Assembly: GCA_000165425.1 (NCBI GenBank)
Contig: CT868033.1
Coordinates: forward strand, 62,001 to 126,000
DNA from: Paramecium tetraurelia
Lineage: Eukaryota
Direction: 5' to 3'
Length of the DNA stretch: 64,000 bases
Position numbers and translations under genes: made by a program. Of the stretch, positions 1 to 14,119 are shown one piece after another. The notes beneath the pieces are model-generated. The model did not search any database. It worked only from the letters and a program-made list of their open reading frames with translations, and was not told the DNA's origin. Numbering within the stretch: the first letter of the stretch is position 1; the number at the start of each line of letters is the position of its first letter.

Positions 1-1304
1 GAAATCATCAATAATAAGTGGCTAGTCTAATTGGCCTTCTCCTCTTTTAAACAACTTAATTATTTTACTGAAGTTTTCATCAATGTCCTCTTTGGAAGTG
101 CCGTACCTTCTCAATTCGTCTAAAACCTTCTATTCCTCTATATCAAGTCTCTACAGTTCTTTGCTCATCGATTTAGGATCACTGGCCTTGAATTGATTGA
201 TATTTAAAGAGGAAGGAAATTCAAATGAGGCATTGTTTTTGCAGGGTAATTTCTATTTGGGATCGTAATAGACTCTGTTGATGTAGAATTACAATATCTT
301 TGGAGGTTGGAGTATGATTTAATCAACTTTGGCTTTGACCTTCTCTTTTGAATTGGTTTCGTATTCGTCAATGATTAGTATTCTAGAGTTGAGGAATCCT
401 TTCTCTAAGTCTTTGTCTTGAGCATCGATGCTGATGGATCCAAAAGCGGTTGTGGTGAATTTGATTACTTCTTATTCTTTTTCCTTGTATGTGAGTATTT
501 CTTTGGATTCTCCATAGAACATTTAGCAAAACTATTTCTTCAATTCCTCATCTCCAATATCTTTGAGGGCTTGTTCAATGGCATCCAAAAAGGCATTTTG
601 TAATTCATTAAAATCATTCTATACTCCCTTTATCAACATGCCATCAGGCTTGTACTTTTAAAAAGCTTCGAACAATTTGATGGGATTTGTAAATGAGCTG
701 TTGCTTTCCTACAATTGAACAAATAAATATTATAATTGTAATAGAAAAAGAGCAGCCTTAGTTTGGTTTTGCTTTGAATCTATTGAAAAAATCAATTATC
801 TAAAAGGAAGTGAATTGAAGAGACTCTGTAACATAGCATTCATGTAGCAAGCTATAAATATATTATTGATGCTGATTACTATTTCCTAGATTCTTCAATC
901 CGACCGGTACGCTCTTATTTGTTCTATCCTGTTGCTCGATTTGGGGTTATCTAAAACTGGTTATAAATGGTACTAATTTTGATCATCAATTGAAAGTTAG
1001 ATAGCGTGTTTTAAATCCTTTTCTTCTAGATCTTTGAGTTGTTTCTTTAATTGCATCTAGGAATTCATTAGGTCTTCTTCACTAAGGTTTTGGTTCTCTT
1101 CTTGACTTCGAATAGTGAATTCGATTTTTACCTAATTCTAATTAGTTCTTCATGGAATGTTAGGGTGTTGAACCCACACAGTTGCCAAGCCTTCAGTATC
1201 TAGTGTTTCTAAAAACCAAACGAATGGTATTGCCGCATCAGTTAATCAAATGTGGAAGGACTGTGCTTAAAGCTCTTATTTAAATGCTAGTGATTATTTG
1301 ACAT
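1..1304 (-). CDS. Ubiquitin carboxyl-terminal hydrolase (USP / peptidase C19), UIM-like motif; 3' end outside window
   Basis: ATG at 1304. Removing the 26-nt (1106-1131) and 28-nt (852-879) GT-AG introns gives the Cys box PVGLKNLGNTCYMNAMLQSLF, a QNDFNE motif and an upstream UIM-like EEKDLKHAIQLS. Confidence 0.88.
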
Positions 1305-1355
1305 TTTGTGTAATTATTTTTTTCTTTAAAATATTAATTAATTAAATAAATCATA

Positions 1356-1538
1356 ATGGACTCATACAATGCAGTGAATGATCTGAATGAAGGAGTTGAA
1401 TATACCTAGAACGTTGAGTATAGATAAGGGCTAAAATCAAACACGTCCGATGGTTCAGCCTAATAAACCCATGAAATATATATGAAAAGAGATTAACAAT
1501 CATTTTCAGTTGATGATGACGACTTTTACTCGCAGTGA
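1356..1538 (+). CDS. Small 60-aa acidic hypothetical protein
   Basis: Clean ATG..TGA frame in the ciliate code (MDSYNAVNDLNEGVEYTQNVEYRQGLKS...SVDDDDFYSQ). AT-rich start context, head-to-head with the USP gene 51 bp away. No recognisable domain. Confidence 0.4.
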
Positions 1539-2065
1539 AAACCTACTCACTCAAAAAAGAGTGATTGGATCTCTTGATTACTATTTATATCTTTATTTAT
1601 ATGTAAAACAAACAATATTTCGATCAAATTTGATTCAAGTTAAATCTTTTAGAGGATCTATTAGAACTACATATTTATTTAGATATTTTTTAAATTCTTT
1701 CATTTATACTTAAATAAAATATGAAAACTTTATAGATAGTTAAAATTTATAGAAAAAACAGATATCTTTTTGAATAAAGTTGTTGTAATGAGTTTAATGA
1801 TGCCTTTGAACACAAGGTAGATTTAAAAGATATGTAATAAAAGGTATTAAATCAATTATTTTTTGTATTTATTTATTAATGGGTAAATCCAATCTAATTG
1901 ATATGTGTTAATTAAAATTGCATGAAGTGCAAAAAATAAAAATCAATGATTTGAATTAAATATTTGCAAATACAATATATAAATGTTCAATTGACATATA
2001 GACCCTGTTATTTCAGATCTATTCCAATATGTTATTGGAACTTTGATACTAGCAATTATATTATA

Positions 2066-2425
2066 ATGACATAATTCTAATTTTCCGTTTAAACGAGTTT
2101 ATGACAAAGAAAAACAAACGATAATTTGACTCATATTAGGTGGATCTCTATTCAAAAAGTAGTTCTCTTCTTGCTATATTAATCCAGCTTTTAAATTCAG
2201 TAGGAGGCGAACAATATTCTTCTTTGTTCTCAAATCAAGTCTTGTAATAAGAGAAAAGAGAAAATGGCGGGACTAATCGTTCCAGTAAGAAGAGGTAATT
2301 AGAAGCGAAGTAAATTTTAAGTTCCAGTTTTGCAAGTGAGAAAGAATGACAAGAGTCGGAAGAGAAATAGGAGAACCTAAACAAGAGCATAAGATTTAAG
2401 TCTGCTTTGAATTTGTAATTACCAT
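2066..2425. pseudogene. Probable decayed gene fragment
   Basis: Coding-like composition. The + frame 2066-2410 is broken by a TGA at codon 13, and the - strand has an ATG at 2425 followed by an intron-like segment. Neither gives a convincing intact gene. Confidence 0.25.
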
Positions 2426-2440
2426 ATTCAAATTATTAAA

Positions 2441-3873
<1,433 letters not shown>

Positions 3874-4427
3874 TCATAAGCATATATATATATATATTTA
3901 AATATCTTTTCATAATAAATTCTTAAATTGAACTTAGCTTCATATATGCTTTGATTTTAGTTAATGTAGATATAAGTAAAACGGATTATCAATGAATATT
4001 TAAGTACCTTAAATTAACGATAATCTTTTTTTGATGCCATTATTTACTGGTTTTTTTTTCATATCTGTGTGGGGTACATATATAATAAATTAACCTATTT
4101 TATTGATTTCCTCAAGATATCTAAACATTTTTCGCTTCTTCATACCTAGAATTCCTCTATTTTCAATTAAAAATTCTAATTTTAAAAATACAGGAAAATT
4201 GAGAGAAATCTAGTGATTTATCATTAGATATACCTTATTAAAAATAGTTAATTCCATTTTCATGTGATTCAAAATTAAAATCAAGTAAGATAATTATTTA
4301 AATAAAATAGGTTAAAGAAAGAATTATTATAAACAAATATTTGAGATATAATGTGGGTTTAAGAAAATTAGAATAATTTATAATAATATATAATTCTTTC
4401 ATAAATTAGTAAATTAAGATTTAAGTT

Positions 4428-5473
4428 TCATTACACTAATAGATATCCTGAGGCTACTATGTATTAAAATGCCTATCCAAGTTATCCTTCATTAGATTGT
4501 TTGAAATCTAAGATGAAAACTGATAGAGTAGAAACAATTTAGGTTTCGTGATTGTAGAATTTCAATTCAATTTGTGTTTCGTCTTTAAGATCTATCAATG
4601 CAACAACTCCTTAATTTTTTTCAAAGATGCAATAGCCAAACTTGAATTGCTCTCTTGTTGAATATTATTTAGCAACTAACTTGTACTCTGGCATATTGGT
4701 TCTCAGAACACTTTTGTTGGAGATATCCTTAACTTCATTGGTACTTATGAGAATCACTTTGGCCATTTTGGTATAATTCTTTTCAATACCAATTTTGATG
4801 ACTTTGATGATGCCTTGGAAATCAGGTTACAATGGCACTTACAAATCGCGTCGTTGTATTAATTGTTAATTCTAGCGTATCCTATTCCAAAAGAAACTCA
4901 TGATATCAGTTGCATATGTTTTCTCCTCTTGGGAAGCAATATTAATGACTTTCTAACTCAATTCATGGCTTATTTCATAGATCTTGGCAATTTGCACTTC
5001 ATAAAATTTCTACTTCTCGTAAGTATTGGGAGGCAAGTACTTTTTGACAAGTCCCAAGAATTCCAATACCTTTTTTTTAAACTCTTTATTTTTTTTTGAA
5101 AGACACCCTTTAATGTAGTTGCAATTTTAAAGTTTAATTTAACTGTTGGATGTTTTCATGAAGAGTAAATCAATCCATTGTTCTGGATTGGGACAATCTA
5201 TAATTTAAAAATGGATTAATTACGCCCATCAGTTTCGTATCCAATAAAGGGCAATTCGACCTATTTGGCTTGGGAGAGAGAAATGTTTTAGATGGAACTG
5301 CCAAAGTATAGCCTTTGGAGTGATTAAATGAATCCTGATTATTAGACAATGTTGTTTGCCTTTTTGTTCAATCGAGCAATGCGTTTATAAATATCTCTAA
5401 TGGGTAGAAAGGAGAGTATTTTGAATAATGTATTAATGGGGAGGCTTAAAAAAGTTGTCTTATTCTATTGCAT
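4428..5473 (-). CDS. F-box domain protein
   Basis: N-terminal FLSLPINTLFKILSFLPIRDIYKRIARLNKKANNIV fits the F-box consensus. One short intron near 5198-5223, then open to the TGA at 4428. Confidence 0.72.
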
Positions 5474-5683
5474 GGGGACTTGTAATTTTAGATTCTTATC
5501 ACTAATTATAATTAATTAATTGTAATTAGAATATTTTCGAGTTATATAAATTTCTTTAATAAATTTAAATCGTCTCTTCATACAATATCGGTATATTAAA
5601 ATGACTGTATATGTGGAAGTATTTTATGTCAATATCACATTTGTGATTTTATAATTAATCATTAAAAACAAATAGAAATATAC

Positions 5684-6216
5684 ATGAGTCAGATTAGACT
5701 GCGTCCTTGTGAGCAGGACTGCAATAGAACATAGGAAAGCCGATTGGTAAAGGGCATTTCTGAGATTTTGGAATAGTTAATAGAATTAGCTGAGGGTTTG
5801 GATATTAAGGACTCTTTGTTTCATTCTTAAAAAGTACCAAGCATTACTTTGGAGAATTATATGAGCCGAATCGTGAGATATACAAAGTGCAGTGAGGAAT
5901 GCCTCGTAATTGCTTTCATTTACTTAAGTAGAATTTAAGAGTTAAATTAAGAATTATAATTAAACAGGTAAAGTGCACATAGGTATTTAAAATATTGAAA
6001 TTTAGATTGTTATTTATTGCTATTGTTTTGGCGATCAAATACCAGGACGATGACATTTTTAAGAATGATTACTATGCTAAGGTTGGAGGGATCACAATGT
6101 GGGAATTGAATGATATGGAGGAGGTATTCTTGGAATTGTTGGACTATAAATTGTTTGTCCAACAGGATCTTTACTACTTGAATTTAAAAAAAATAAAATA
6201 GTCTTCTAGAAAATGA
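5684..6216 (+). CDS. Cyclin, PHO80/PCL (P/U-type) family
   Basis: FHSQKVPSITLENYMSRIVRYTKCSEECLVIAFIYL...HR|LLFIAIVLAIKYQDDDIFKNDYYAKVGGI..ELNDME. One intron. Confidence 0.92.
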
Positions 6217-6336
6217 GTTCTTTTTTTAGTGTATTTATACTGCTATACATATATTAATTTTATGATTGGTTTGATACGATAGATACATTTAGATGGAATA
6301 TTAATATTTAGTTTTGTAAAAATTTAATTTTTTATA

Positions 6337-6937
6337 ATGCAAAAACAAATAATTGGCTTTTTAATTAATAAAATTATAAGCAAGCTTTCTTAAAGGGGAA
6401 AAAGTTATGATGTAGGAGAACAGTAATTTAATGCCTGTCGATGAGATCTGGAGACAATTGAGTAAAGTGACGACAACTGTAAACAGGAATGTGGAAAGGA
6501 TGTCTCAGTTATTGGATCAACTCATTACTCATGCTCTTTCAAATGAATGTGATTACATAGAGATTCCTCAGAGGAAGGATGATCATGTGAAGGAAAGAGA
6601 AAAATATGCGAATGATTATAAAAAATGTATACTTCGTGAGTTGAATGAGAAATTGAATTGGACCATTAGGGGTTCTAAGAACGTTTGCAACAAATGCCAA
6701 ATGATTTGCAAAACTAGAAAAGGTTATTTGCTTCATTTGTTACAGAAACATTGTGAGTACAAATTCTATTTGTGTGTAAAGTGTTATGATAAATTTGATA
6801 ATTTTAATAAATTTAAATAACATTTATGCAATAACCACGATGAAATAATGATATTTTAAGTGACCGAATAAATACAACAATTGATAGATCATGGAGCCAG
6901 AGAAATGTCAAAGAATGATCTATAAAATATCATTTGA
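6337..6937 (+). CDS. C2H2 zinc-finger protein (two fingers); start at 6337 (needs a GC-AG intron) or 6407
   Basis: CNKCQMICKTRKGYLLHLLQKH and CVKCYDKFDNFNKFKQHLCNNH. The frame 6407-6937 is open in the ciliate code. Confidence 0.72.
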
Positions 6938-7010
6938 TTTAGAGTATTTTAATAATTAAATTGTTATAGAAGAAACTACCTATTTCCAATATGTTTCAAC
7001 AATCATTTAA

Positions 7011-10000
7011 TCATGTTTTTCTTAATTCAACATTAACATTTGGCCCCTTCAGAATGTGCTCCTTCTCCTGTTCCTGCATTTTCTCGTAATCCACCCCATC
7101 AAGAGTCTCCCTCAACCTCCCCTTGTAATAGGATTTGGTATTATCCCTCATTCCCCTCTGGACCCTGTCCACAGCAAACTTGTGACGAGTCAGAATCAAG
7201 GAAGCCTTCTCAGGAATAGGCGATATGATGAATGATGAGAAGTATTTAAGTCCCAAAAACACAATAACGAATATAGCATACGAAGATGACTAAGAATCTG
7301 GAGGTACGACTCCTGATGTAAACACTATTAATCCTGCATTGCAAAAGACAGATAGGAATGCTATAATATCCATGATGAAACTCCAATTTGCGATATCGGA
7401 AGCTGAGGATGGAATGGGTCTTTGGATAAAGTGAATTAGCTTGAGTTTGTCGACCTGAATCTAAGTGATATTAGTAAGGAAAGCTATAAAGTAACTGAGA
7501 GGGAATGCCAATCCAAATAGTTAGAGGAAGGCAAATTGGACTACCAATTCCATGTAGTCATTCATTAAGCCATCCACTTCGGCATTGGATACATAGGGTT
7601 CTAGATTTGCTTGGGTTTCAATGAATTCATCAATCTAATTGAACTCGTGAGTCACGAGATTCTCATCTACCTACTTGGTTTTCCCTCTAATAAATGCCTT
7701 TATACATGGAGTAATGAGTTGGGGCAATGTTTTGGCAAAGTTCACCATGAAAATGGTTACCATCTAATCTTTCAATGCTCTGTAGCAGTTGATTCCTTCT
7801 GATGTCTTACAGAGAGATAGGGAGGGAAATTGTTCATTCAAAAATGCTATGATTGCCAAACAATTGAAGGTGTTGATAAAAGTAAATATGTAGGTTTTCA
7901 ATATTAAACTGTCCTCATAGGATTATTCGTATTTGTGATTCTCAAAATCATTTAGATTATTTGAAACATTAAAGTAAATAAGATTGAATAATTAAATTAC
8001 AATTGCATTTATCATCGACGGTACAAATGATACCAAAAACTGATTGTCTGGATACTCCTCTATTAAATAACTACTTTAATATTATAACTTACTTCTTCAA
8101 AATGAACACTCCAATGACACTTGCTACAACCATTGTTATGATTATCAAAGTAATCAAACTAGAATAACACAATTTAAATTATTTCTTCCAAGTAGGATAG
8201 AACTCCTCATTAAGTTGATCTGTTATCAATGACCTAACAAAATCACCTTCAAATGCTGGTCTCTCAATTTCCCCTCCCTCACTTTTGTTGTTCTAACCAA
8301 ATTGAATCTAGAACATTGTTTGCTGTCTCTTCCAATGGCAAATAAAATAACTCGACCAAGAAATCAATATCACTGAAAATATAACAATAAACGCCTTTTT
8401 CGCATCCCCTGTCGTATTGTCAATCACTCCCTCGCAAATTATAGCCAATATCACCACTTACCACAATTACTGAGAGTAGAACTGTAGGAATCTAAAATAC
8501 AAACCTATTTTCTCTCCAAAGTAATCTCTCATACTGTCTATTGGCAATGTCCAAGGAGGACACCAATGGAACTTGCATTCCTCAACCAGACAATCATTAT
8601 CAAAATCTGCTCTCTCAGCCTCATCCTTCAATGAAACAAATAAGTTATTTAATTTCAATTCTCCAGGGGATTTTTGGACTTCTCCAACCAATTGCAAATC
8701 AATCAAAGGCTTAATCATGGGGGCCTTTGACAACCCCATCAATTGATAAGGGTCATGCAATGCAAAGTAACAGGCAATGTATTAATTCTCTATCAATTTT
8801 TTTACATTTAAAAATCTGCTAATTGTGGCATAAGCTATTTTGATCTTTTCCATATTCATAAATTCAGATCTATGTCCCTTCTCACTTACTTCATACTATC
8901 TCCACAATCCTTCACTAGGTTTAGTTACAAAATATTCCTGATAAGGTGCGATTGGATCAAGTCCTTGTCTATCCCATAGGTTTGCCAGAATCAATTTTTC
9001 CTTAAACCAAGAATTATTGAAAGCTGAATATAATTCATTTGGATCGCCAATTGCCTTTCGAAAGATCAGCTTAAACAGAAACCCCTTATTAGCAGCAACC
9101 TCCTTCTCTTTGTAACCATCCTTCACTCTTTTCAAATAATCAATCAGATATAACTGATAGATGTAATAGGCTTCCCAAACATCCCTCGCCAAAGGCTAAT
9201 CATCTGCAATCTAGGTCTTCTCTGAACTCAAGTTAATCTTTAATTCTTTGGCCATCCACTAAATCAAAGGGTCTAATTCTATTTGCTTTTGAACACATTT
9301 TGCCCTCAACTCTTAATCACCCCATTTCAAAACTCCCTAGTAGATCTTCTAAGCCTCACTGTCGATTCTGGCTAGTTTCTTCTTCTGATTGGAATCCTCC
9401 TTCTTCTCCTCAATATAATTGGGAGCCTCCTTAATGAAATCGGGATCTCTGAGGTAATTCTTTAATCTCAAAGGCCGAAGCAATTTATCACAAGGCTCAA
9501 GCGATAGAATGTCAGCATACCCTAATTCGTATTACTTTTGCATTCTCTACAACTCTGCCTAGTATTTGACATACTCTATTTTGCTCTTCAGAACAACAAA
9601 TATGAATTGATCATCACTGCTGATAAATTATCTACAATGAAAATGAGCATCTCTACATAATTTGGTAATAACAGTCATCCTTATCAGAGAGAGAAAATCC
9701 TAAGGAGTTTATCCAACTTGAATCCAGTCATAATCACTTTTATCCTCTGTCCACTTCTTATAGAGGAATCCCCCCTTGCAATATTTCTTGGCCACAGTTG
9801 AGAAGATGTCCAAATTCTCATTGGGCTTCAAATGAATTAAATTCAGCATTTAAATAACCTCCTGATTGATTTCCTCACTGGGAGTTCTTTGTAAGGGTTC
9901 GTCCTTCCTCAACAACTCCTCTACACTCTAATCATTGATCTATCGATATTATTCGTAGAAGGCGACATAATTTATATAATCTGGATTCTCCTTCAGAGAT

Positions 10001-10745
10001 GCTCCCATCTGAGTTTTCCTCAATGACTCCTTAAGTTTCTTTTTGTCAGTCTCCACATAATCAGTCAATTATAAAAAGGAAGAAAGGAACACCTATCGTT
10101 GGAGTGTCAACTGAGATTGAGGGACTCCGCCTTCTGCCGATATTGCTAATTAACTACTGAATACTCTAAGGTTGTAAGGGTAATTATATACTTTTCAGCC
10201 TCCTTGATATCCACAGGACGATCGACCATCTTTTCCCAATCGGGATTTGGAAATTTCAATACAAGTTCTCCAATGTTGTAATCCGAATACACATCTTTAA
10301 GTTCTTAATATTCAGCTGTCGAAAGGAAATCAGTTCTGTCGATCCTCTCTTCCTATTCCTCCTATTCAGGATCTAAAGTGAAGTCCTGCTTCTTTTTAAT
10401 TACTGGTTTAGCTTCTGTGTATTCGGCAGGGTCAGCCAAGTTCAAAACTAGTTTAGCGAATTCTAAAGCCCTTTATTGCTCAGTGCTCAATTTATGTAAT
10501 CCTTTTTGATCATTCTACGGCTTCTATAAATGATCTGTCAATTATTATTCCTACTCATGAATCTATGACATTTCCTATTAAGGAATTGTCGGCAATTTCT
10601 CATCCTGCTTTTCTATCCCAGATTATGGTTATTTTTTTTCTTCGTTCTTCTACTTTTTCTTTGATGATATTCTCATGTCCATCCCTTTTGTTCTCAAAAT
10701 CTATTGCCTCTTCTATTCTGGTTTATTGAACTCAATATTAATCAT
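7011..10745 (-). CDS. Anoctamin/TMEM16 family channel or scramblase
   Basis: Signature motifs PIDSMRDYFGEKIGLYFRFLQFY and DYMELVVQFAFLQLFGLAFPL...QIQVDKLK..RPIP..ASDIANW, plus many hydrophobic segments. Start is uncertain (10745 or 10682, see findings). Confidence 0.92.
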
Positions 10746-11049
10746 TGCAATTTAAATTATATTCTTTTGTTTGGTTATAATTTATATTTACTATTGTTCA
10801 TAAATCAACCTTATTCAAACTTATCCAAAATCAATATAATACACTCTAACAATTAGAAAAACCGCTTAATTTTAAAAGAATGAAATTCAATAACACATAT
10901 AAATAAAAGAATTTAAAATGTTGTTAAAATTATTTCTAATAATTACTTCTATCAAAAGAACTTTAAAACCTTCTTTAAATCGAAACATGCTTTTATGACT
11001 TTTAATAGACAAACTATTGATATACTTGACTACATATATAAAATAAGAA

Positions 11050-11493
11050 TCACTTTTTGGCTAAAGCATATAAAAATATTCCAAAAGAAATTAAACTGGC
11101 CACTGTTCTAACTGCATGCAATTAACCCCATTTAGTAAGTAATTGTACTTTTTCATCTTACTGGATATCCTATTTTTCTAACAATATTTTATTTGTAGGC
11201 ATAATCGCTATGAATGTGAATGGTATCACTGAAAGTAGTAATACACTAGCTTTTAAGGCTAGCTTGTTTTTATTTTTGGCATAGTTAATAACTCCGACTA
11301 AACCACCAAGTAAGGCTAAAGATGCTTACCATTTGGCTGCTTTTCTGTATGATGGTGCCCATTGAGCATGTGCTATATCAGCTCCACAACTCAATCTTGC
11401 AGGATGCTCAACTACATTTACGTAGATGGCAGCACCACTGAACAATCCAGAGAAAGCAGCACCTAAGAGAGTTAGTTTAGTTTAGCAATCCAT
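11050..11493 (-). CDS. DUF1772 / anthrone-oxygenase-like small membrane protein, 147 aa, intronless
   Basis: GLFSGAAIYVNVVEHPARLSCG..QWAPSYRKA...VIPFTFIAIMPTNKILL...LLTKWGQLHAVRT matches DUF1772 motifs. Confidence 0.85.
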
Positions 11494-11613
11494 TTATTTT
11501 AATTATCTTTGTTGAATTAAATTTATTTACGGCTTAAATATTTGCCAAAATTATAAAAACTTATGAAATCTGGTAACATTTAAATTATAATTTTGTTGTT
11601 ATTATACTTCATC

Positions 11614-12691
11614 TCACTCCTAAATATTTTATTCCTCCGAATCCCTAGGGTTACTACTCTCTTTCTCCTATGAAAATGCTGAACTCATTTATGGTACTTC
11701 CTATTTGAGAATGTCTTAGGAATATTAATTAGCGTTATCCTTACTATCAACATTCTCAGAAGGCTCTTTTTCATTTTCCTATGTTTAGCATGATTCTTCC
11801 ACTTATTGCTTCTATTAACTTCCACCCCTTTCCTTAAATAATTTAGACCAAGATTGTTTCTCTTTTGAGTAGGCTACCTTCAGATGTTCTTTCACTTTTT
11901 AGAGTTCCTCAATAACTGCTGTATTTTAAGGATCCAAATTATAAGCGGATTTCAGATCTGCCAATGCTTTCTCCTATTCTCCTATTTATTGCAATGCAAT
12001 CGCTCTTCTATAATAAGCCTTTACATTTTATTAATTATTTGAACTAGTTTCTAAGGCTGCTTTAGCATAATCGATAGATTCCTTGTATTCTTGTTACAAA
12101 AAACAACAGATTGATAAGTTTAATTGCAAACTGGCTTTTAATTCTTTGCCTTCTTTTGTGTCCAAAGCACAATAAGTCAATGCATCTTTGTATTTTTCTT
12201 TGGCTTCAAAGTAATTCTAATTCTTGAATTATTTTGTTCCTTTTCCTCTGATTTTAAGTGCTTCTTCGTATTTCTCTAATGGATTCATTTGCCTTGATAG
12301 AACTGATATTTTACCATCTTTTCTTTTTCTCCAATTTGAAACTCAATAGTTCGATCTCATATTTCAGATTAGCATTTTTTGGAACATTCTTAAAGATGCA
12401 TCCTTCTTCTCCATATCCATATTATGGACTTATTTTGAATTAAGACTTTTCTCCAGGTTTCATAGATTGCAATGCAATTTCAAATCCTTTGCATCGGTCT
12501 CCTCTCTTTAGAATGTGTTTGTGTGGCTTACTTTATCCTTAATTGGAATCAAATGGCTTTTCATCTTCCAAAGTGCCCAAGAAATATATTTTACAAGTTG
12601 AGTTGGTCTGAGGAGAGTCTCCCTGTCCTGCTGTCAGAATTCTCTTTTAGACTCCTCCATCAGGTGTAACATCAACAAAATCACTTTCCAT
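11614..12691 (-). CDS. FKBP-type PPIase domain plus TPR co-chaperone (FKBP4/FKBP35-like)
   Basis: DVTPDGGVQKRILTAGQG..GTLEDEKPFDS..SMKPGEKSQFKISPQYGYGEEG..VPKNANLKYEIELL, then TPR repeats (NVKAYYRRAIA). One 22-nt intron. Confidence 0.9.
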
Positions 12692-12914
12692 TCTATTCTT
12701 TTTTTATTTATCTCTATTTCAGATTGTAACTCTCAATTATATTTTAATAATAGTACAATAATATTAAATTTTGCTAATCCTGCTAGTCCAGACTTTTAAA
12801 AACATTCAATAATATGAGTATGATATTTAATGAATATAACTGTTGCTAAATGATTTTATTAATATATTCATATGTAGTTAATAAGTGAAAATGATAAACA
12901 TAATTATAATGAAT

Positions 12915-13640
12915 TCATTTTTTATCTTCAAGTGGTGGAAGCTTAACTTCTTTTCTTGTTTATTCAGCCTCTTTCCTTCTTTAGAAATCTCTAATTCTAG
13001 TTTTCTCATAATAATCAGTAAAACTTAATGTTTTTTCAGTTCCATCACTGTTTTTCTCTTCCCTGCCAAATATGGTTTAGATCTCCTCATCTAATCCTCC
13101 TCTTCCGTGGCGGACAAACAATAGTTCTAATGTATCTTCTACTGTTATCTTGCCATGCTTAGCCTTATCATACATAAAGAACTAAACAATATTGAATAGA
13201 TTTCTAATTAGTTTTATATGTACATACCTTGGTTCCAACAAAGTGGGATCAAAGATGCATCTTTTATACATCATTTGAAATTCGTAATAATTAATTCTCT
13301 TGTCTCCATCATCATCTAATTCCCATATGAATAATTCTGCTTCTTTTATTGGTAATAGGTAATCTACTTTTTCAAGTGCATCCATTAAGATCTCTGCAGT
13401 TATTCCTGGTTCAAGTGGTTTGATCTTTTCATTACTAAAAGTCATCAAGTAATTGAAAACAGAATATAGTCTCTGCTATTCTACATTTGATAGTTATTTT
13501 TCTGCTGTGATCTCCTCATAAGATCTTTCAACTTTTTTTTATTACTAACTGAGTTTTTAGGTGGTAGCAGCAGAAAATGACTTAGAGTGTTATCTCATTT
13601 AATTAGGCAATGTGTTTGACTGTTATGAGGTTGAATTCAT
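12915..13640 (-). CDS. EF-hand calcium-binding protein
   Basis: Canonical loop LDDDGDKRINYYEF and a second loop YDKAKHGKITVED. One intron after LEPR. Confidence 0.8.
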
Positions 13641-14119
13641 TAAAATTATAAATTAAATAGCTAATATAATCAATAGACTTTTTTTTTAAACTCTTTATTA
13701 TTCATTGAGTCCTTATCTTTGATAATCAATGAAGATGTGAAATTATAATCATCCATGTAATCTTTAACTTATAGTTCATTCTTTAATTTGAGATTTATTT
13801 AAGAAGTAAATCTTGAATTTGTGAATATATCATGCAAAAATCCTCCATCTTTATAACTGAATTCAAAATATACAATTTAATGATTTGTTTTTCTATAAAT
13901 AAGTAATATTAGAGCGATGTGTATGTAAATTACTAAATTGATATTGAATTAAAATGCAGTTACTAAATTTAAGCAGGTATTTAATTGAATGAATGTTAAA
14001 GTAAAGTGATAACTAGAGTAAATAAATTTGATAAAGTTTTATAGATTCAACATTTATAAAATATTATTAATCTTTCTTCAATTTAATATATTAATTTCGA
14101 AAAGAGCGTAAAATTTGGA

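Noticed and set aside
2066..2410. In-frame TGA as a possible selenocysteine codon
   Set aside because: No redox motif around the TGA and no SECIS-like hairpin seen. Decay or chance is more likely.
5060..5130. Suspected frameshift at homopolymer runs in the F-box gene
   Set aside because: Careful recounting shows the frame is continuous.
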